64,000 nucleotides of DNA, taken from assembly GCA_951406725.2 (NCBI GenBank), contig OX597815.1, positions 146,630,001 through 146,694,000 of the forward strand, given 5' to 3'. The notes beneath the pieces are model-generated. The model worked only from the letters and a program-made list of their open reading frames with translations. It made no database searches and had not been told where the DNA came from. Source of the DNA: Octopus vulgaris (Eukaryota). A program made the translations under genes and the position numbers. Shown piece by piece: positions 1 to 14,248 of the stretch. The first letter of the stretch is position 1. The number at the start of each line of letters is the position of its first letter.

Positions 1-43
<43 letters not shown>

Positions 44-119
44 TTATCGTTTAAATTTGCTTATGGTAACGTTTTGAATATGCAAATTAATCTCCTATTC
101 CATTATGACAGGCACAGTT

Positions 120-1075
120 TAATGATACTGATTGGTGAAGCACTTTTTCGGGGTTCCATCAAAAATCATCTGAGAAACCATTTCTCATCATTTTCGAATA
201 TAAATGAGACAACCCACATTTCTATCGAACTTCGTCTGGAGACCAAGATAGCATGGAGTTAAACCTTCGACCAAATGGTCTATTATAAAAAATAGTGCAC
301 CATATAAGAGAACATCACGAGTATGCGACCTATGGCTTGAAGAAACCTTGAAAATAATCACATCCAGGGTAAACGTGATAAATAGGCACTCTGTGATGAT
401 CATATCATGTAAACGTAAGAAAAAACGTCATTCATGGAGTCTGGAAAAAATATTTTGAAACAAAATAACACCATATAGAAAAGCGAAGGAACCTAAACAA
501 ATAAACAAACCAACCACTATTTGAGATGCTATACACCATATCAGGAAACATAATCAAGAGGTCACCATAAGAAAATAGCATTTATCAATTTAGTCAACAA
601 ATCCCTCTGCATAGCAGCAGCACTTGACCACACGTTGAGATCAGAATTTATTGAAGATAGTCATGCCTTAAATGAAATTAAACAAACGAATGTACTACTC
701 ATCCCTAACATCTGCTGAATGAAGAGCAAAATACATCCAACACCACCACACGCACCTCCACACCCATACAACAACCATTCCTTTCTCTTTTCCCATCTCC
801 TTCTACTCTTCCCCGCCAAATACACACACATATGTGCACATAACTCGCTTGACCTTCATACTGGTAAAAAGAGAAAAATTTAGCTCTGTGGTTCATCCAC
901 TAATGTTATATCGCCTGAAGAAAGGAATCAGTGATTATGATGATGATCAACGGGCTGCCCACGGATACTACGGACTACAATGTAGGGAATAAGGATTTTG
1001 ATGTTAAATGCGGAATACGGACCGTGATATTAAAAGTCATGGGGTTTGTGGAAACGCGCGTAGTGTGGCATTAAA
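120..1075 (+). mobile_element. Degenerate PLE 3' portion (same EN type as 55300-55760) plus probable 3' UTR
   Basis: Reads IG...NHFSSF...; KWSIIKNSAPYKRTSRVCDLWLEE..I....IN..S....CKRKK in ~270-430; downstream CTGAAGA (915) and GAAAcgcgcgTA (1051). Confidence 0.65.
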
Positions 1076-1126
1076 TGCTTATAAATTTCATCTTACGATT
1101 ATCGTTATTATTATTATTATTATTAA

Positions 1127-1199
<73 letters not shown>

Positions 1200-1565
1200 T
1201 GCACAGCATGTAACGCTGGAGATGTATTACAGTGTCAGATCTTCGCTACTAGTAAACTAATGTAACGCCTCTTATTTTTCGAGTACCTTCCGGAGTATTT
1301 GAGCGGTTCAAATCAGTGCTGTTTTCTACAAGTGCTCCACCCTTATTGCAGTCCCTATTTGTTCCACGTACTTCTTGACATTTTTACTCACTGTTCGCAG
1401 GCCTCCGACAATGATTGGTACTACTGCAACCTTTTTCATCGACCGCAACTGCTTAACTTCCCAAGCTAACCTGTCATATCTCTCGACTTTTCTTTCTTCC
1501 TTATCGCATACCTTGTCGTCAGCTGGACATGCTATATCTATGATCCAGCTTTGTTTTCTTTCTCA
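1200..1565 (-). mobile_element. 3' fragment of Dong/R4-type non-LTR element (restriction-like endonuclease) abutting (TAA)n
   Basis: Minus strand reads WIIDIACPADDKVCDKEERKVERYDRLAWEVKQL...VVPIIVGGL. Confidence 0.8.
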
Positions 1566-2157
1566 GTTAAGAGTGTTTGGCCTCTTCTTGTTCTTCTTGT
1601 TCTTCTTGTTCTTGTTGTTGTTGTTGTTGTTGTTGTTCTTCTTCTTCTTTTTCTTATACACACATGCGCGTGCACACACACATATACAAACTTATATATA
1701 TAAATACATATACACACACGCGCGCACACACACATATAGAGAGATAGGTAGATTAATCCTAAGTTATTGATTACATGCATGTCATGAAAGGAATTGCGTA
1801 ACAAGAGACACGATATTTTGTACAAATCAAATATACTTAGATCGTCTAACATAATGCGATAATTGCGTTTAGTAATGTCATTATTTTACGATGGTATATC
1901 TAATTTCTATACAACACACGACAAACGTTTTTTAAGTAATAGTTTTGAAAATATAGGCCTGAAGTTTACAGAGGCCGAAAAGTATTCGATTCTTGGTGGG
2001 TTTTCTGGTATTTCGTGGAGAAATTTGAACAGGTACCTTTAAGTGTTATAAGATCAATATCGTCTATTGTTTAATCGGGAATTTTCGACTCACTCACTTG
2101 CCCAACTTGCTGGCGTCGTGCGAGAATTTGAAATCATTATTGTTGTTGGTGATCTTT

Positions 2158-2175
2158 TTCTTCATCATCATCATC

Positions 2176-2244
<69 letters not shown>

Positions 2245-2326
2245 GTCGTCGTCGTCGTCGTCATCATCATCATCATCATCATCATCATCACCATCTTCTT
2301 CTTCTTCTTCTTCTTCTTCTTCTTCC

Positions 2327-2357
<31 letters not shown>

Positions 2358-2409
2358 CTTCTTCTTCTTCTTCTTCTTCTTCTTCTTCTTCTTCTTCTTC
2401 TTCTTCTTT
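2158..2409. repeat. Compound (CAT)n/(CGT)n/(CTT)n microsatellite
   Basis: Direct reading. Confidence 0.98.
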
Positions 2410-2410
2410 A

Positions 2411-3010
2411 AGGTGGTGAGCTGACAACCGTTAACACGCACGGCAAGATGCTTAGCTGCATTTGGTGTTTTTTTTCTTTTTTCACTTGTTTCAGTCATTT
2501 GACTGCGGCCATGCAGGAGCACCGCCTTTAGTCGAGCAAATCGACCCCGGGACTTATTCTTTGTAAGCCCAGTACTTATTTTATCGGTCTCTTTTGCCGA
2601 ACCGCTAGGTTACGGGGACGTAAACACACCAGCATCGGTTGTCAAGCAATGCTAGGGGGACAAACACAGACACAAACACACACACACACACATATATATA
2701 CATATATACGACAGGCTTCTTTCAGTTTCCGTCTACCAAATCCACTCACAAGGTATTGGTCGGCATGGGGCTATAGCAGAAGACACTTGCCCAAGATGCC
2801 ACGCAGTGGGACTGAACCCGGAACCATGTGGTTGGTTAGCAAGCTACTTACCACACAGCCACGTTTTAAATTTAAATTCCACCGGGGCCAACTTTAATTC
2901 TCATTCTTACGGAAACGATAAAATAAGTAGCAGTAAAGCACTGGGGGGGGGGGTCCACGAAATCGGTTTAATCCCCACCCCCACAAAGTTCAGGCGTTGT
3001 ATTTTTAGCA
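2411..3010 (+). mobile_element. SINE family B copy split by the family A insertion
   Basis: Head ggtggtgagctgac..cgttaacacg..atgcttagc (2411-2470) and body aaattccaccggggccaactt...gataaaataagta (2870-3010) match other family B copies. Confidence 0.65.
2480..2863 (-). mobile_element. tRNA-derived SINE (family A), near full length
   Basis: Minus strand: A-box-like tggctgtgtgg, B-box-like ggttcagtcc, ttgggcaagtgtct body motif, internal (TG)n, LINE-like tail; several related copies in window. Confidence 0.85.
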
Positions 3011-3108
3011 GAAATGATTATTATTATTACCTCCGCCATAACGGAGGCGTAAGTACTGTTTTCAGTCGTGTTTTCCGCTGACAAGTTATCACAAGAATAT
3101 ACATACAT

Positions 3109-3168
<60 letters not shown>

Positions 3169-4642
3169 AGTGCATACATACACACTCGCACATCACATAC
3201 AGGCATGCACACATTCATACACACGCGCACACACATGCATTTGAAAATATGTGTATGCGGAGACGCATGTGTGTACTTGAGTTTATGGAAATGCATTTGT
3301 GCCTCTGCATTCTCTTTCTATCTCTCTCACTCTCTCTTTCTATCCCTCTCCCTCCTCTCCCCTCCTCTCTCTCTCTCACTGCTATTGCAGCTCTCTCTTC
3401 ACATTTCAATTTGTTTCTGTGCTACTAAGGCTACGTCTTTTAGATAAATATTAATCCGAACATCGATACTTGATTTGCAGAAAGGAAAAATCAACTTTGT
3501 TCCTTCAAATGTTCTTGTCGTGTCTGCACAATTGTTCCTAAGAAGATTTTAGATAACGCTACGCTGATAAGTTGGCACTAAATTTCAAAGAATGTAAGAA
3601 TTTCTCAAAGACAAGAGCAGCTCTTTAGTTATGTATATATTGAGATAAAAGTGTTAACAAGTAGATGTTCTCCACAAATTTAAATGAGAACTTATCGGAA
3701 GAAAAATTCTTGGACTCCAACCAAAAATTACAATTCGGTACTTATCTGGAATCTATTGACGTAAGTTAGTGATGTACATCAAATAAGGCAGTTCTGCATT
3801 TGTATTCTTTTTACTGTCGCTATTGTTTAGCACTAAATCAACTCCCGATCGAAGGGATATGTGATCAAAGCATCTTAGCCCGTCTTTTTTGTATATCAGA
3901 TATTCATACGCTATATAATATTTTCCTCTAACTTACAGGACACTGGAGGTACTGGAAGGTTTTCTAGTAAACAAACCAACCTCGCAAAAGCAGCCATTAT
4001 TGCATACTTCAGATATTCATATAAATATCCGGCAGACATACATACTTCTCAGTGGAGACGTTCCATTCATGTGAACGGGATTTGTTGTGCGATCGAACTA
4101 CACGTCACCCTCATCGAGTAACTTTTTCTGAAGCTCCCCGTTGATCAATCTGTTATAAAAGATAATTGGTGACCGGGCTGCGTGCAGAAGCGTCCCATGT
4201 ACACACAAATGAACTCCAACATTCATCGCACACGCACACACACACACACACAAACACACGCAATCACACATATGTATGTATGAGTGTATGTATGTAAATA
4301 AATATATAAATGCATATATATGTAGATGTCTGTATGTTATATGTATATATGAATACTGCAATTATTCGAGTTATTCCAGCCAGTTATCTGACCTAAATGT
4401 ATTTTTATCCACCATTCTAATAGTTCTTTATGATTGACAGTGATGTTCCACCGGTGACGAAATCAGCCGAGAAATAGATATCGATGTATCCACTATTGCA
4501 CTTAGTTGATATTCAATATTACCAACTAACAACAATTTAACTTGAAGGAAGTGTACCCTAATGGGCCTAAGTTCAGTAACTGAATATTATGTGTCGGCAT
4601 ATTTTCTTGATATTTTGTTGTTGTTATAATTATTATTATTAC

Positions 4643-4715
<73 letters not shown>

Positions 4716-4784
4716 GTTATTGTTGTTATTGTTATAATTGCTGTTGATATTATTATTATTGTTATTATTAATAATATCATTCAT

Positions 4785-4985
4785 ATGCACTCAACAGATA
4801 AGACATAGAAGGAAAAAATCCTAACATCCTTAAGAGCTCATCTGAACTGGCTTTTATGCCTATTTTCTCTATCCTACTGTTCAAATCTTTAGGAATAGTT
4901 CCCAATGCACCTACAACTACTGGGGTACAGTTTAACCGCACTTTCCATAGTCTCTATAATTCAATGGCCAGGATCTGTTTCATTA
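4785..4985 (-). mobile_element. Short Dong/R4-type RLE 3' fragment
   Basis: Minus strand LAIELYRLWKV...PVVVGALGTIPKDL; between (TTA)n and (CTA)n tracts. Confidence 0.7.
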
Positions 4986-5043
4986 CTATACTTCTTTTCT
5001 ATACCTCTCACATTGACTTTTACATCATTCGATCTGGCACTCT

Positions 5044-5096
<53 letters not shown>

Positions 5097-5220
5097 GGCC
5101 TTCTAACATCTATTACTCCATCAGTCTGAATGTTAAAGTCCCACATCTTATATTTCTTACTTTGTAGTACTTTATTATTATTATGCTGATCATTATAATA
5201 ATAACAATAATAATAATAAC

Positions 5221-5291
<71 letters not shown>

Positions 5292-5370
5292 TGATAATAA
5301 TAATAATAATAATATTCGCAGATAAACCCAAGCTTTATAAAAGTAAATGAAAACCGAACAGAGTGATGTA

Positions 5371-6280
5371 CAGAGTGTCCCAGAAAGATGTACACATTTC
5401 AAAACTCCTAAAGAATATCAGTTTAGGTGATAATATCTAAATTTTACGTAATCATTTACAGATGTCATTTGTTCATATATCTTGTTTCATTCTTCTATAA
5501 CAGGTTTCTAAACAAATATGGCATCAAAAGCAAAGCATGACCAGATTGTCGCTTTGAAAATAGCTGGGTGAACAACAGGGATATAACAAAACAGTCGAAT
5601 GTGTGTCGTTAAACTGTTCAATATATGGAAACGATATATGGAGACCGTTACTATCTCTAACAAGCCAACTACTAGTAGGAAACGATAGATTTGTGCCAAA
5701 TAAACTATTGAAGCTGTGAAGAAGCGAATGAAGCGAAATTCCCGCTGGAGTGCAAGAAAAACTGCAAAATCCCTTGATGTTTTAAAATCGTCAATGCACA
5801 GGGTTTTCAAAATGGATTTAACGCTAACTGCATATAAGAAACAATCCAGGCAGTTGATTTCAGCAGCTTCCCATAGGAAACGGTTCGACAGCGCTAAAAC
5901 CATGTTAGCTGAGATGAAGCGCACCGCTAACAAAGTGTTGATCTGGCCGGACGAGATCTTCACCGTGGGGGCAGTTACCAACAGGAAGAATGACAGGCTT
6001 TCTGCAAGTAATGTAGGAGACTTGCCCGAATGTAGTAGGAGTCGTTGATGCTGTCAGAAGCCAGCTTCAACTATGGTGTGGGTCACAGTTGCATCTGATG
6101 GATTCAAGTCACTCTTCATCTTCATACAGGCATCAACTCAACAGTGAATTTTATGTGCAAATGTTGGATGAAAAAGTGTTACCCTGTGTCGTAGAAACTT
6201 TTATTGACTATTACATCTTCATTCAAGCCCACACATCTACTTTGACACAGAGATGGTCCAGACAGCAAGATGGTATCACT
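5371..6280 (+). mobile_element. Decayed Tc1/mariner-superfamily transposon (maT-like), left end and transposase pseudogene
   Basis: TA|cagagtgtccca putative TIR; ATG at 5518; RNSRWSARKTAKSL (HTH-like), LIWPDEIFTV..VTNRKNDR; stops and frameshifts. Confidence 0.8.
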
Positions 6281-7134
6281 GACCCTTTTTTCTTCTTTGT
6301 AAAGCCACACTTAGAAAACTGATACTACCTGTGGTCTCAATACACTGAACAAAACATTACGAGAATTGATTCATTCTAGAGAGCAATCACGAGGAAATAA
6401 AATAAATAGCCTGTGCTTTGAAGTAAACTTGATTTCTATTTCTAGCTAATTGAATAGTCACAAAGTACTTTCTTACATGACCCATGCATAGACGTGCACG
6501 CGTAAACAACATAGGCGTACGTGAGGAAGAAGTTTGCTTCGCAAAAATTCGATTACAATTTCACTCTATCAACTTCAAGCCAGAAGAAAATGTATTTCAT
6601 TGCAGACTCAGATTGGCCAAATTTTTTTATCATGATTTGAAATACGGTGTGTAGCAAAAGACCTGATGGATAATTATGTTGAGTAAACACCACTTCTAAA
6701 GTCAAGGAAAAGATCTATTGATTTGATTAAGCTAATCAACTATAAAGAGTTAAAATTGAAATTCTTCATGTGAGAAAATATGAAATTGAAATAAGGTGAA
6801 GTTAATAATAATAATGCCAATTTTTACTGCGATCAAACTCAATGAGTATTTGAATATTTTATATATAAAATATCGTTCATTCTTTATTAGAATTACGAGT
6901 AAATAAGCACACTAAAGCTTAGTCTAACTATATACCAAGAATAACTGCCAAATTTCTAGTATAAAAACGTGACACCATAAAAGTGGAAGAACGTGTCAGA
7001 GAGGAAAATGCACCAGTGTCAATGTTGGGAACACTTTGATTACAGCCTTCTTGACCAGAAGTCACCGTGAGTTCAAATGATATATATAGTATTATGAAAG
7101 TATGTATGTAATTATGTATGTATCTCTCTCTCTC

Positions 7135-7191
<57 letters not shown>

Positions 7192-7854
7192 ACATTAACA
7201 AAATAAATTCATCCTACTAAGTATGTAGACATAAGAATTACTGCTAAATTATAAAATAAAATAGCTATTCGAAATTTTAAATATTACGGGTATTAGGGTA
7301 ATATATAATGTTTTCCTTACTTCAGGATGATTGACTTTGAGCTCTAGCTCAATTATTGGCCGTTTATTTCATGTTGCTCCAGCTTAGTCAGCAAATGTGT
7401 ATACAGGTAAGTGTTGTCTCTCTCCCTCGATCTCTCTATATGTCATATTCTTCCGGTAGGTGAAGAGTTTGAAGGCTCAGCGCGTGTTGTTTTCTGCTAG
7501 TATTGTGTGGACGCCCCCCCCCCCAGACGATGAAGTAGGCTAGCCCAATACGCAGATATAGAAGGAGAAGTCTAGACGTCAAGGTAGACTAGAACAGAGT
7601 AGAGTGGAGTGGAGTTGAGTAGTAGAGGCATCCAAAACGTGCGACATGACAGCTAGCGATTTCAAACACATCAATAAAAATTAACATAACCTTGATACGT
7701 ATTATGATGTCATCCTGTTTTCCGAGTGAGTGTCGTAGCTTCGGTTTATTTCTTATAGTAATTTGGGAGCGGATAGATTATATAGACGGTTTAGTTACAA
7801 ATAGAAAGACAAATTCTATCTTACCTTTAACTGCACAGTTATATGGTTAAGTAT

Positions 7855-8601
7855 TTCACTTCCCATCCATATTACATAGATGCTTTGGTACGTTAAAGTC
7901 ACAATGCATTTCCGATCTCTAATAGCTGTTATGATACATTTCAAAGCAATTTCGTATTGGTTTCAAATGTTTTATTGCTACATGACTTACATGTTTACAC
8001 TTATCCCCTTTGCTATGTATTAAATTTTAATCTCGTGCAATTTCGAATGAAAAAATTCATGTCAAATGTGGAATGTTAAGATGAAATGTTATTATCAAAA
8101 TCCTGAGAAAGTATTTAATGTTTTTCCGTGAGTAGTGAAGAAATTGGGTATGACCATCAGAATGAAGATGGGGTAGAGCCTACAAGTCAATGATTCTAAC
8201 TGAAGACAGTGGAAGCTAGAAGCTAATGTTAGAGAAGACAACTGACTAAGTCTTTTACTTCAAAACACACATCCACGGTACCACGCAATGGTTTTGAACC
8301 GAAAACTGCACAGTAATGTGGCAAAGCTTTTCATTTCCCACCCATACTTACTTGGAAGTTTTGCTACGTTAAAGTCATACTGCATTTCCGATCTTTAATG
8401 GCTGTTATGATACATTTCAAAGCCATTTCTCGTTGGTTTCAAATGTGTTATTGCTACATGACTTACACATTTACACTTACCCCTTTGCTACGTACACCAA
8501 ACCGTTAAATTTTAATCTCGTGCGATTTCGAAAGAGAAAAATTCATGTCAAATGTGAAATGTTAAGATGAAATGTTATTATCAAAATCCTGAGAAAGTAT
8601 T
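7855..8601. repeat. Local direct duplication of ~260 bp (7855-8115 and 8330-8601)
   Basis: tacgttaaagtca...aatgttaagatgaaatgttattatcaaaatcctgagaaagtatt present twice with scattered differences. Confidence 0.9.
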
Positions 8602-9464
8602 ACAACTTGAAATAATTCATATGGAAGATTTGTCTGTATAAACGTATTGGCAAATATCCATATACCCTTTAGGTTTTGGAGATAAGCCCTTAGACGTTGT
8701 CAAGGAAAGTTCACATGTTGATGTTTCCGCCGGTAAAATGAAAGCAACGTTATTACTAACACCGGAGATATTGGATCACTTGAGAAAGCGAATATTGTTT
8801 GATTTACACATCGTACAGAGTTGATAGGTTCAATGAAGTTTCACAGACCGTTATCAGTCAAAATCTCTCTCAGTACGTATTTCATTTCATCTTTCCCTTC
8901 CAGATTGTCCTCTATCACCTTTCCCCCAGATATCCGGTATAGCCTGACCACCAATAAAGCCTTCCATCTGTCCAATAAGATAAGTTATTGATTTTTCTGT
9001 CCTGTATCTTCAATTACTGGCTTCTTTCCGACTTTACGCCCAAACATAGGTTTCAGTTAAAAGTAAACTTCGACTAAACGTTTATTACATCGCAATAATT
9101 ACTTAGACCTCACAGGTCAAACTCGATGTATCTCTTCTTACATCCATGGACAGTATTGATTTCAAGTAATCAAAATATTAATAAGATTTCCCCCACCGTC
9201 ATTTTTGGCAAGGAACTAAAATATGTTAACCTTTGTAAGAATGCCCCCGGAAATTGACATTACGATATTTAAAACAAAAAATAAATAAATTAATAAATAA
9301 ATATATCTGTTCTTTTATTGCAATGATTTGCGTGAGAGTAAAATCTCAGGTATATCTTATATATTTAAATGTTCATGTAAAAAGTACATCGCAACATCAA
9401 TCGTTATATTTTTACTCCTAGAATTTTTTGCATTTCAATTGCTAACATTTTCTTTTAATTATAT

Positions 9465-10548
9465 CAAAAGAGGTTGTCACAGTTCTAGGACAGCACTCTT
9501 CGCCCTATGAGATGACATCTGGTGTGCCGCAGGGATCTGTTCTTGGCCCCCTTTTATTTGTTGCATATGTTAATGACATAGATGCCAACTTAAAGAATGC
9601 CACAGTGCTGAAATATGCAGATGACATCAAGCTGTACCTCGAAATAAAGAGGTCAAATCTTATACACTATGGATCTCTATTGCAAGCAGACCTGGACACA
9701 ATGCAGCAGTGGATCATGGACTGGCAACTCAAGCTGGCTGTGGACAAATGTACCACCATGCATTTTGGGAGGAGAAACCCAGCGTCCACCTACTCCCTCC
9801 ACAACACTAGTCTCAAAAAGTCTTCAAGTGAACGTGACCTGGGTGTTATTGTCGACAGCGATTTGCGTTGGACAAAACACATCGCTAAAATTGTCAAGAA
9901 GGCTGAGGGTGTCTTGGCATCACTCACCAAATCCTTTGTGAGCCGCTCTCCGGCTATCTATCTGCGGCTGTATATAGCTATGGTAAGACCTCACCTGGAG
10001 TTTGCATCGCCGGTCTGGAGCCCCTATATTGCCCAGGACATCAATCGTCTGGAAGCTGTTCAGCGACGTGCAACCAAAAGAATACCCTCCATCAGGCATT
10101 TGCCATATCCTGAACGCCTTACCTCTCTGGGCATGGACACATTGAAACTCCGACGTCTGGCAGCTGACTTGGCAGACACCCATAAAATTATCAACTATCG
10201 CACAAACAATAACTCTGAGCACCTCTTCAAACTCCACCCATCTAACACCCGTGGACATATTTACAAAGTAAGAAAACAGCACAGCTCCCATGACTTCAGG
10301 AAACATTTTTTCACGCTGAGAGTTGCTGAAGCGTGGAACAAACTGCCGACATCGGTTGTTAGTTGTCGGAGCACTGCTTCCTTCAAGACTTCCATGCTTC
10401 CTGAGATTCGCCAACACTACACTTGATTTTCTCCCCTCCATACACCCAGACATTTCTACACTACTGCATGTACTTTATATGCACTTTCTGACAAGTTGTG
10501 GTGCACCTGAGCACTGTATACAATAATTTCATTATTATTATTATTATT
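9465..10548 (+). mobile_element. 5'-truncated CR1/L2-group LINE (RT C-terminal part, ORF 9512-10426) with (ATT)n tail
   Basis: SGVPQGSVLGPLLF, YADD, ERDLGV, VRPHLEFASPVWSP, LEAVQRRATK, TRGH, FFTLRV..WN.LP; frame open back to ~9465; short 3' UTR then (att)n. Confidence 0.93.
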
Positions 10549-10635
10549 AAATATAATTAAATATAATTAAATGTCTTAAATATAATTAAAAGAAAATGTT
10601 AGCAATTGAAATGCAATATATATATATATATACAT

Positions 10636-10687
<52 letters not shown>

Positions 10688-10934
10688 ATTATTTCTACTT
10701 CCTTTTTGAAATCACTTAATTCTAATTAAATATTTTAAATGACCCAATATGGCTACATACATTGGTTTTGTTTTTCTTTTCCTTTAATATATTCCTGCTG
10801 ACTCGGAGGCCTACTACGGTTCACTAGCTCTAGCCTAAGTTTTGAACTTGGACCCTAACAAATGACCAATTATATCACTTACGCAGCGTACCTGTTCGTT
10901 TAGATCATCAGTGAACTAAACCCCTCATATTCTT

Positions 10935-10982
<48 letters not shown>

Positions 10983-11087
10983 TATATGTATACATATATA
11001 TATACAAACATATATAATATACATACACACACACGCAGCTATATATATATATATATATATATGTGCGTGTGTGTATGTGTGCATGTA

Positions 11088-11131
<44 letters not shown>

Positions 11132-11348
11132 GCTGTGAATGCAAATTACAAAATCGGATAAATACCTATCGGAAAGAAACTGTACAGCAAACCTGTGTAC
11201 CCACCTTACGTTCGAGAATTCCTTTATCTTTTGTAGAATACCGACTCACTCTAGGACTCTAATATTGTTTACAAAATGTTCTCACATGTATATTATGTAT
11301 GCATGAATGTATGCATGTATGTATGTGCGTATATACATATGTTTGTGT

Positions 11349-11388
<40 letters not shown>

Positions 11389-12894
11389 GAAAAGTTTGTA
11401 AAATATATAGATTACAGTGAAATAAATACATTCGTATGATATAAAATACGATGTTGCTGTATGTCTATTTTATGTAGAAAGCTTTAATTCGATATGATTT
11501 TATTTGCTGGATGTGTATGATTAGATGCTTTGTTGTAACAATAGGTTGTAAATGAGGCAAAGAATCTCATGAGCGTTGGACAAATCCTCGAGTCTTTGAA
11601 CTGTTCTCAATTGTCAGTTGGTAATTGTATCGGATCTTCTATAGGCGGTGATAATGTTAATCAATGAAGATTCCATTTTATATTATCTGGTATTTGATAT
11701 ACCTGTATTCTTCTGTTGTGCATAACTGTGCAATGGCCACTCTGGGTTATTTTTAAGCTGAGAAAATTATTTTTGTTTCATTTGTCCTAAACACACCTCA
11801 GTAATTATTTTTAAGGTTGTTTCTATAAATATTCTATAGAAACTTCTATAGAATATCTGTAGACACGACCTTAAAAATAATGTAAGAATCACTGTTGACG
11901 TAGTGGGACGTGTTACCGACTTATAAAAACATTTAATATATTTATAGCATATTGTGTTTGCATAGCGAAGTGTCACGTACCTACAGACCTTTAATACCTC
12001 ACTAAAATAAGGAATTTTCGTGAATGCCACAAACATGGGTAAATGGACCAACCAAATGCTCTTCAGCATAGCAATATCAGTGTTCATTGTGGGTATCCAG
12101 AGAATTTTAATGTATCATATAAGGAGACCTACGCGTACGAGAGTCAGCTATATAACTGGCACATTGAATACGCAGGTTTTGCTAATATTAGCAAATCCAT
12201 ACACTAAAGGTAACTTTACGATGTCGATTTCCGTTTATTTTATGAGTTAGCTTTTAACACATAGTTCGCATCTATATGAAGCATACTTGAATGCAACTGA
12301 CTTCAACTCTTTTCAGCTGACGTAGCTGAAAGTATAGAATGTGTAGTCTAGAACAGCCCCTCTAAAAGGTTGATGGTTTATTGCTTTGTAAGAAATTTGG
12401 AGTTTGGTCAATAAAAACGGAGAAAGCTAAGCTAAAGGATCAATCCATTCGGTATTAAATCACTAGCGGGTTCACACCATATTCACGAAACAGCCTTTAT
12501 GGTTCATTAATAACAAGCAAAAAACAGACTGTTAATAAGTAAGAACGCAATAGAAAGTAGTGACAATGTTGATGACGATGACGATGACAACGATAACGAA
12601 GCTAGCAATCACGATGTCGACGACGACGAACGGCAAAGTTGAGGAAGATGACAAGGATGATAAATAAGACAGAGGAAGAAAACTAGGCAAGAAAATGGAG
12701 AAAGAGATAAAAGAGGAAGGGGAGAAATATGAAAGAGGAGGAGAAAGATATTGAAAGCAAATGAAAGCAGAGAAAGAAAAGAAAAGATGGGAAATAGGAA
12801 AAAGAGATTAAAAAATGAAAAGAAAAACATATAATTTAAAATGGAAGCAGTAAAATACATCAAACTGTGGTAGAGTTGACACAGACTACTAAAG

Positions 12895-12927
<33 letters not shown>

Positions 12928-13934
12928 AAAAGAAAACGCAGAAAAAAAGAAGTATCTGAACAACAGGTTTTGAAATAAGGAGAAGAAACGTTAAAAATCG
13001 CCGTGGGAAATGTTCCGATAATAATACTCTTCAAAGTATCCTCATTGCATTTACGTCGAGGTTTGAAACTTTCATTTTATAGCAAATGTAATGGACATCG
13101 CTACAATTACATAACAATGGATTATAAATGCACTTCAATTTGTCACGAAATTCTAATGGAGGATAAGATATGCGGGAAAGTATATAACAAAGTGTGCGTG
13201 CGTGTGTGTGTATATGGTGGTGTTGGGGCAATTGATAGACGTATTTAGTCGTAAAATATGAAAGGAAAAAAATTACTATTATTTTTTTTTTGTTTAATGT
13301 AGAAAAATCTCGTACATCATATATAAAATATATGGAAATATAATACAAATGTAAATTTGGTGGTGTTCATATATATGAATGTATGTGGAGACATCTGTGA
13401 GTGTGTGTCTGTGCGCTTGTGCGTGTGTGTGTGTATGAGTATATGTGTGTGTGTATGTGTTGAAGTGAAATAAGAATATATTTAAAGCAACGTATAAAAT
13501 ACGTTTGTAAAATTTGAAACACACGCATATACTTATGTGTCTGTGCCTGCATTATTTTTTATACGATAAGAATCCATACTATTCGCCTTAGCAAGTAGCA
13601 TTTTTTAGGAATATAATTCACAGAATTCATATTTTCTACGACGTCTCACTATTTTTCTTTCACTCTCTCTTTCTCTCAGCAGACACTTGCATGAATGCTT
13701 ACGCACAAATATATATATATATATCTATATGTACATAAACACATCCCCACGCTCTTTAATACGTTAACGATACTCAAAGTATTATATATCTGATGACATT
13801 ACCTTTGAGGTCTCGCATGTGAAGGCTCATTTAGACGATTCCAATATCACAACAGTAGCAAAACTTCAAGTCGTCTTTAACGGATTTGTAATAAATGCTA
13901 CATGTATTCGGGATTTATTCAGTCAATGTTGTTC

Positions 13935-13999
<65 letters not shown>

Positions 14000-14009
14000 A
14001 TATATATAG

Positions 14010-14209
14010 ATCTAGTGAGAATTTACCAAAAAGACCCCAAAAAAGACGAAGACGGGTGTGCAAACAACAAACAGATGTATCAGTTTAACGCTCGGGAAGT
14101 GAGAAAGACTTGCTTTTCAAACCTACGCTCTTCCACAGAAAGGAACACAGAAATAAACAGGGAGAAAAAATAGAAAAAGGTTTAGTGGCTAGTGATCTAT
14201 CATGGCGAA

Positions 14210-14212
<3 letters not shown>
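14010..14212 (-). repeat. (TA)n-embedded ~200 bp repeat (probable PLE 3' end); relatives at 50505-50660, 51205-51416, 57285-57485
   Basis: Shared agacgaagacgggtgt..aacaa..ag...tagtttaacgctc...agaaagg blocks; contains the hammerhead-like motif best kept at 51287-51322. Confidence 0.75.

Positions 14213-14248
<36 letters not shown>

Noticed and set aside
318-345. CDLW at a CxxC position, possibly a former UGA selenocysteine codon
   Set aside because: The codon is TGG in a decayed copy and could derive equally from TGC/TGT; no SECIS recognised.
11440-12480. Possible very old retroelement remnant (also 39700-40620 and 52100-52900)
   Set aside because: Composition suggests decayed coding sequence, but no motif could be assigned with confidence.
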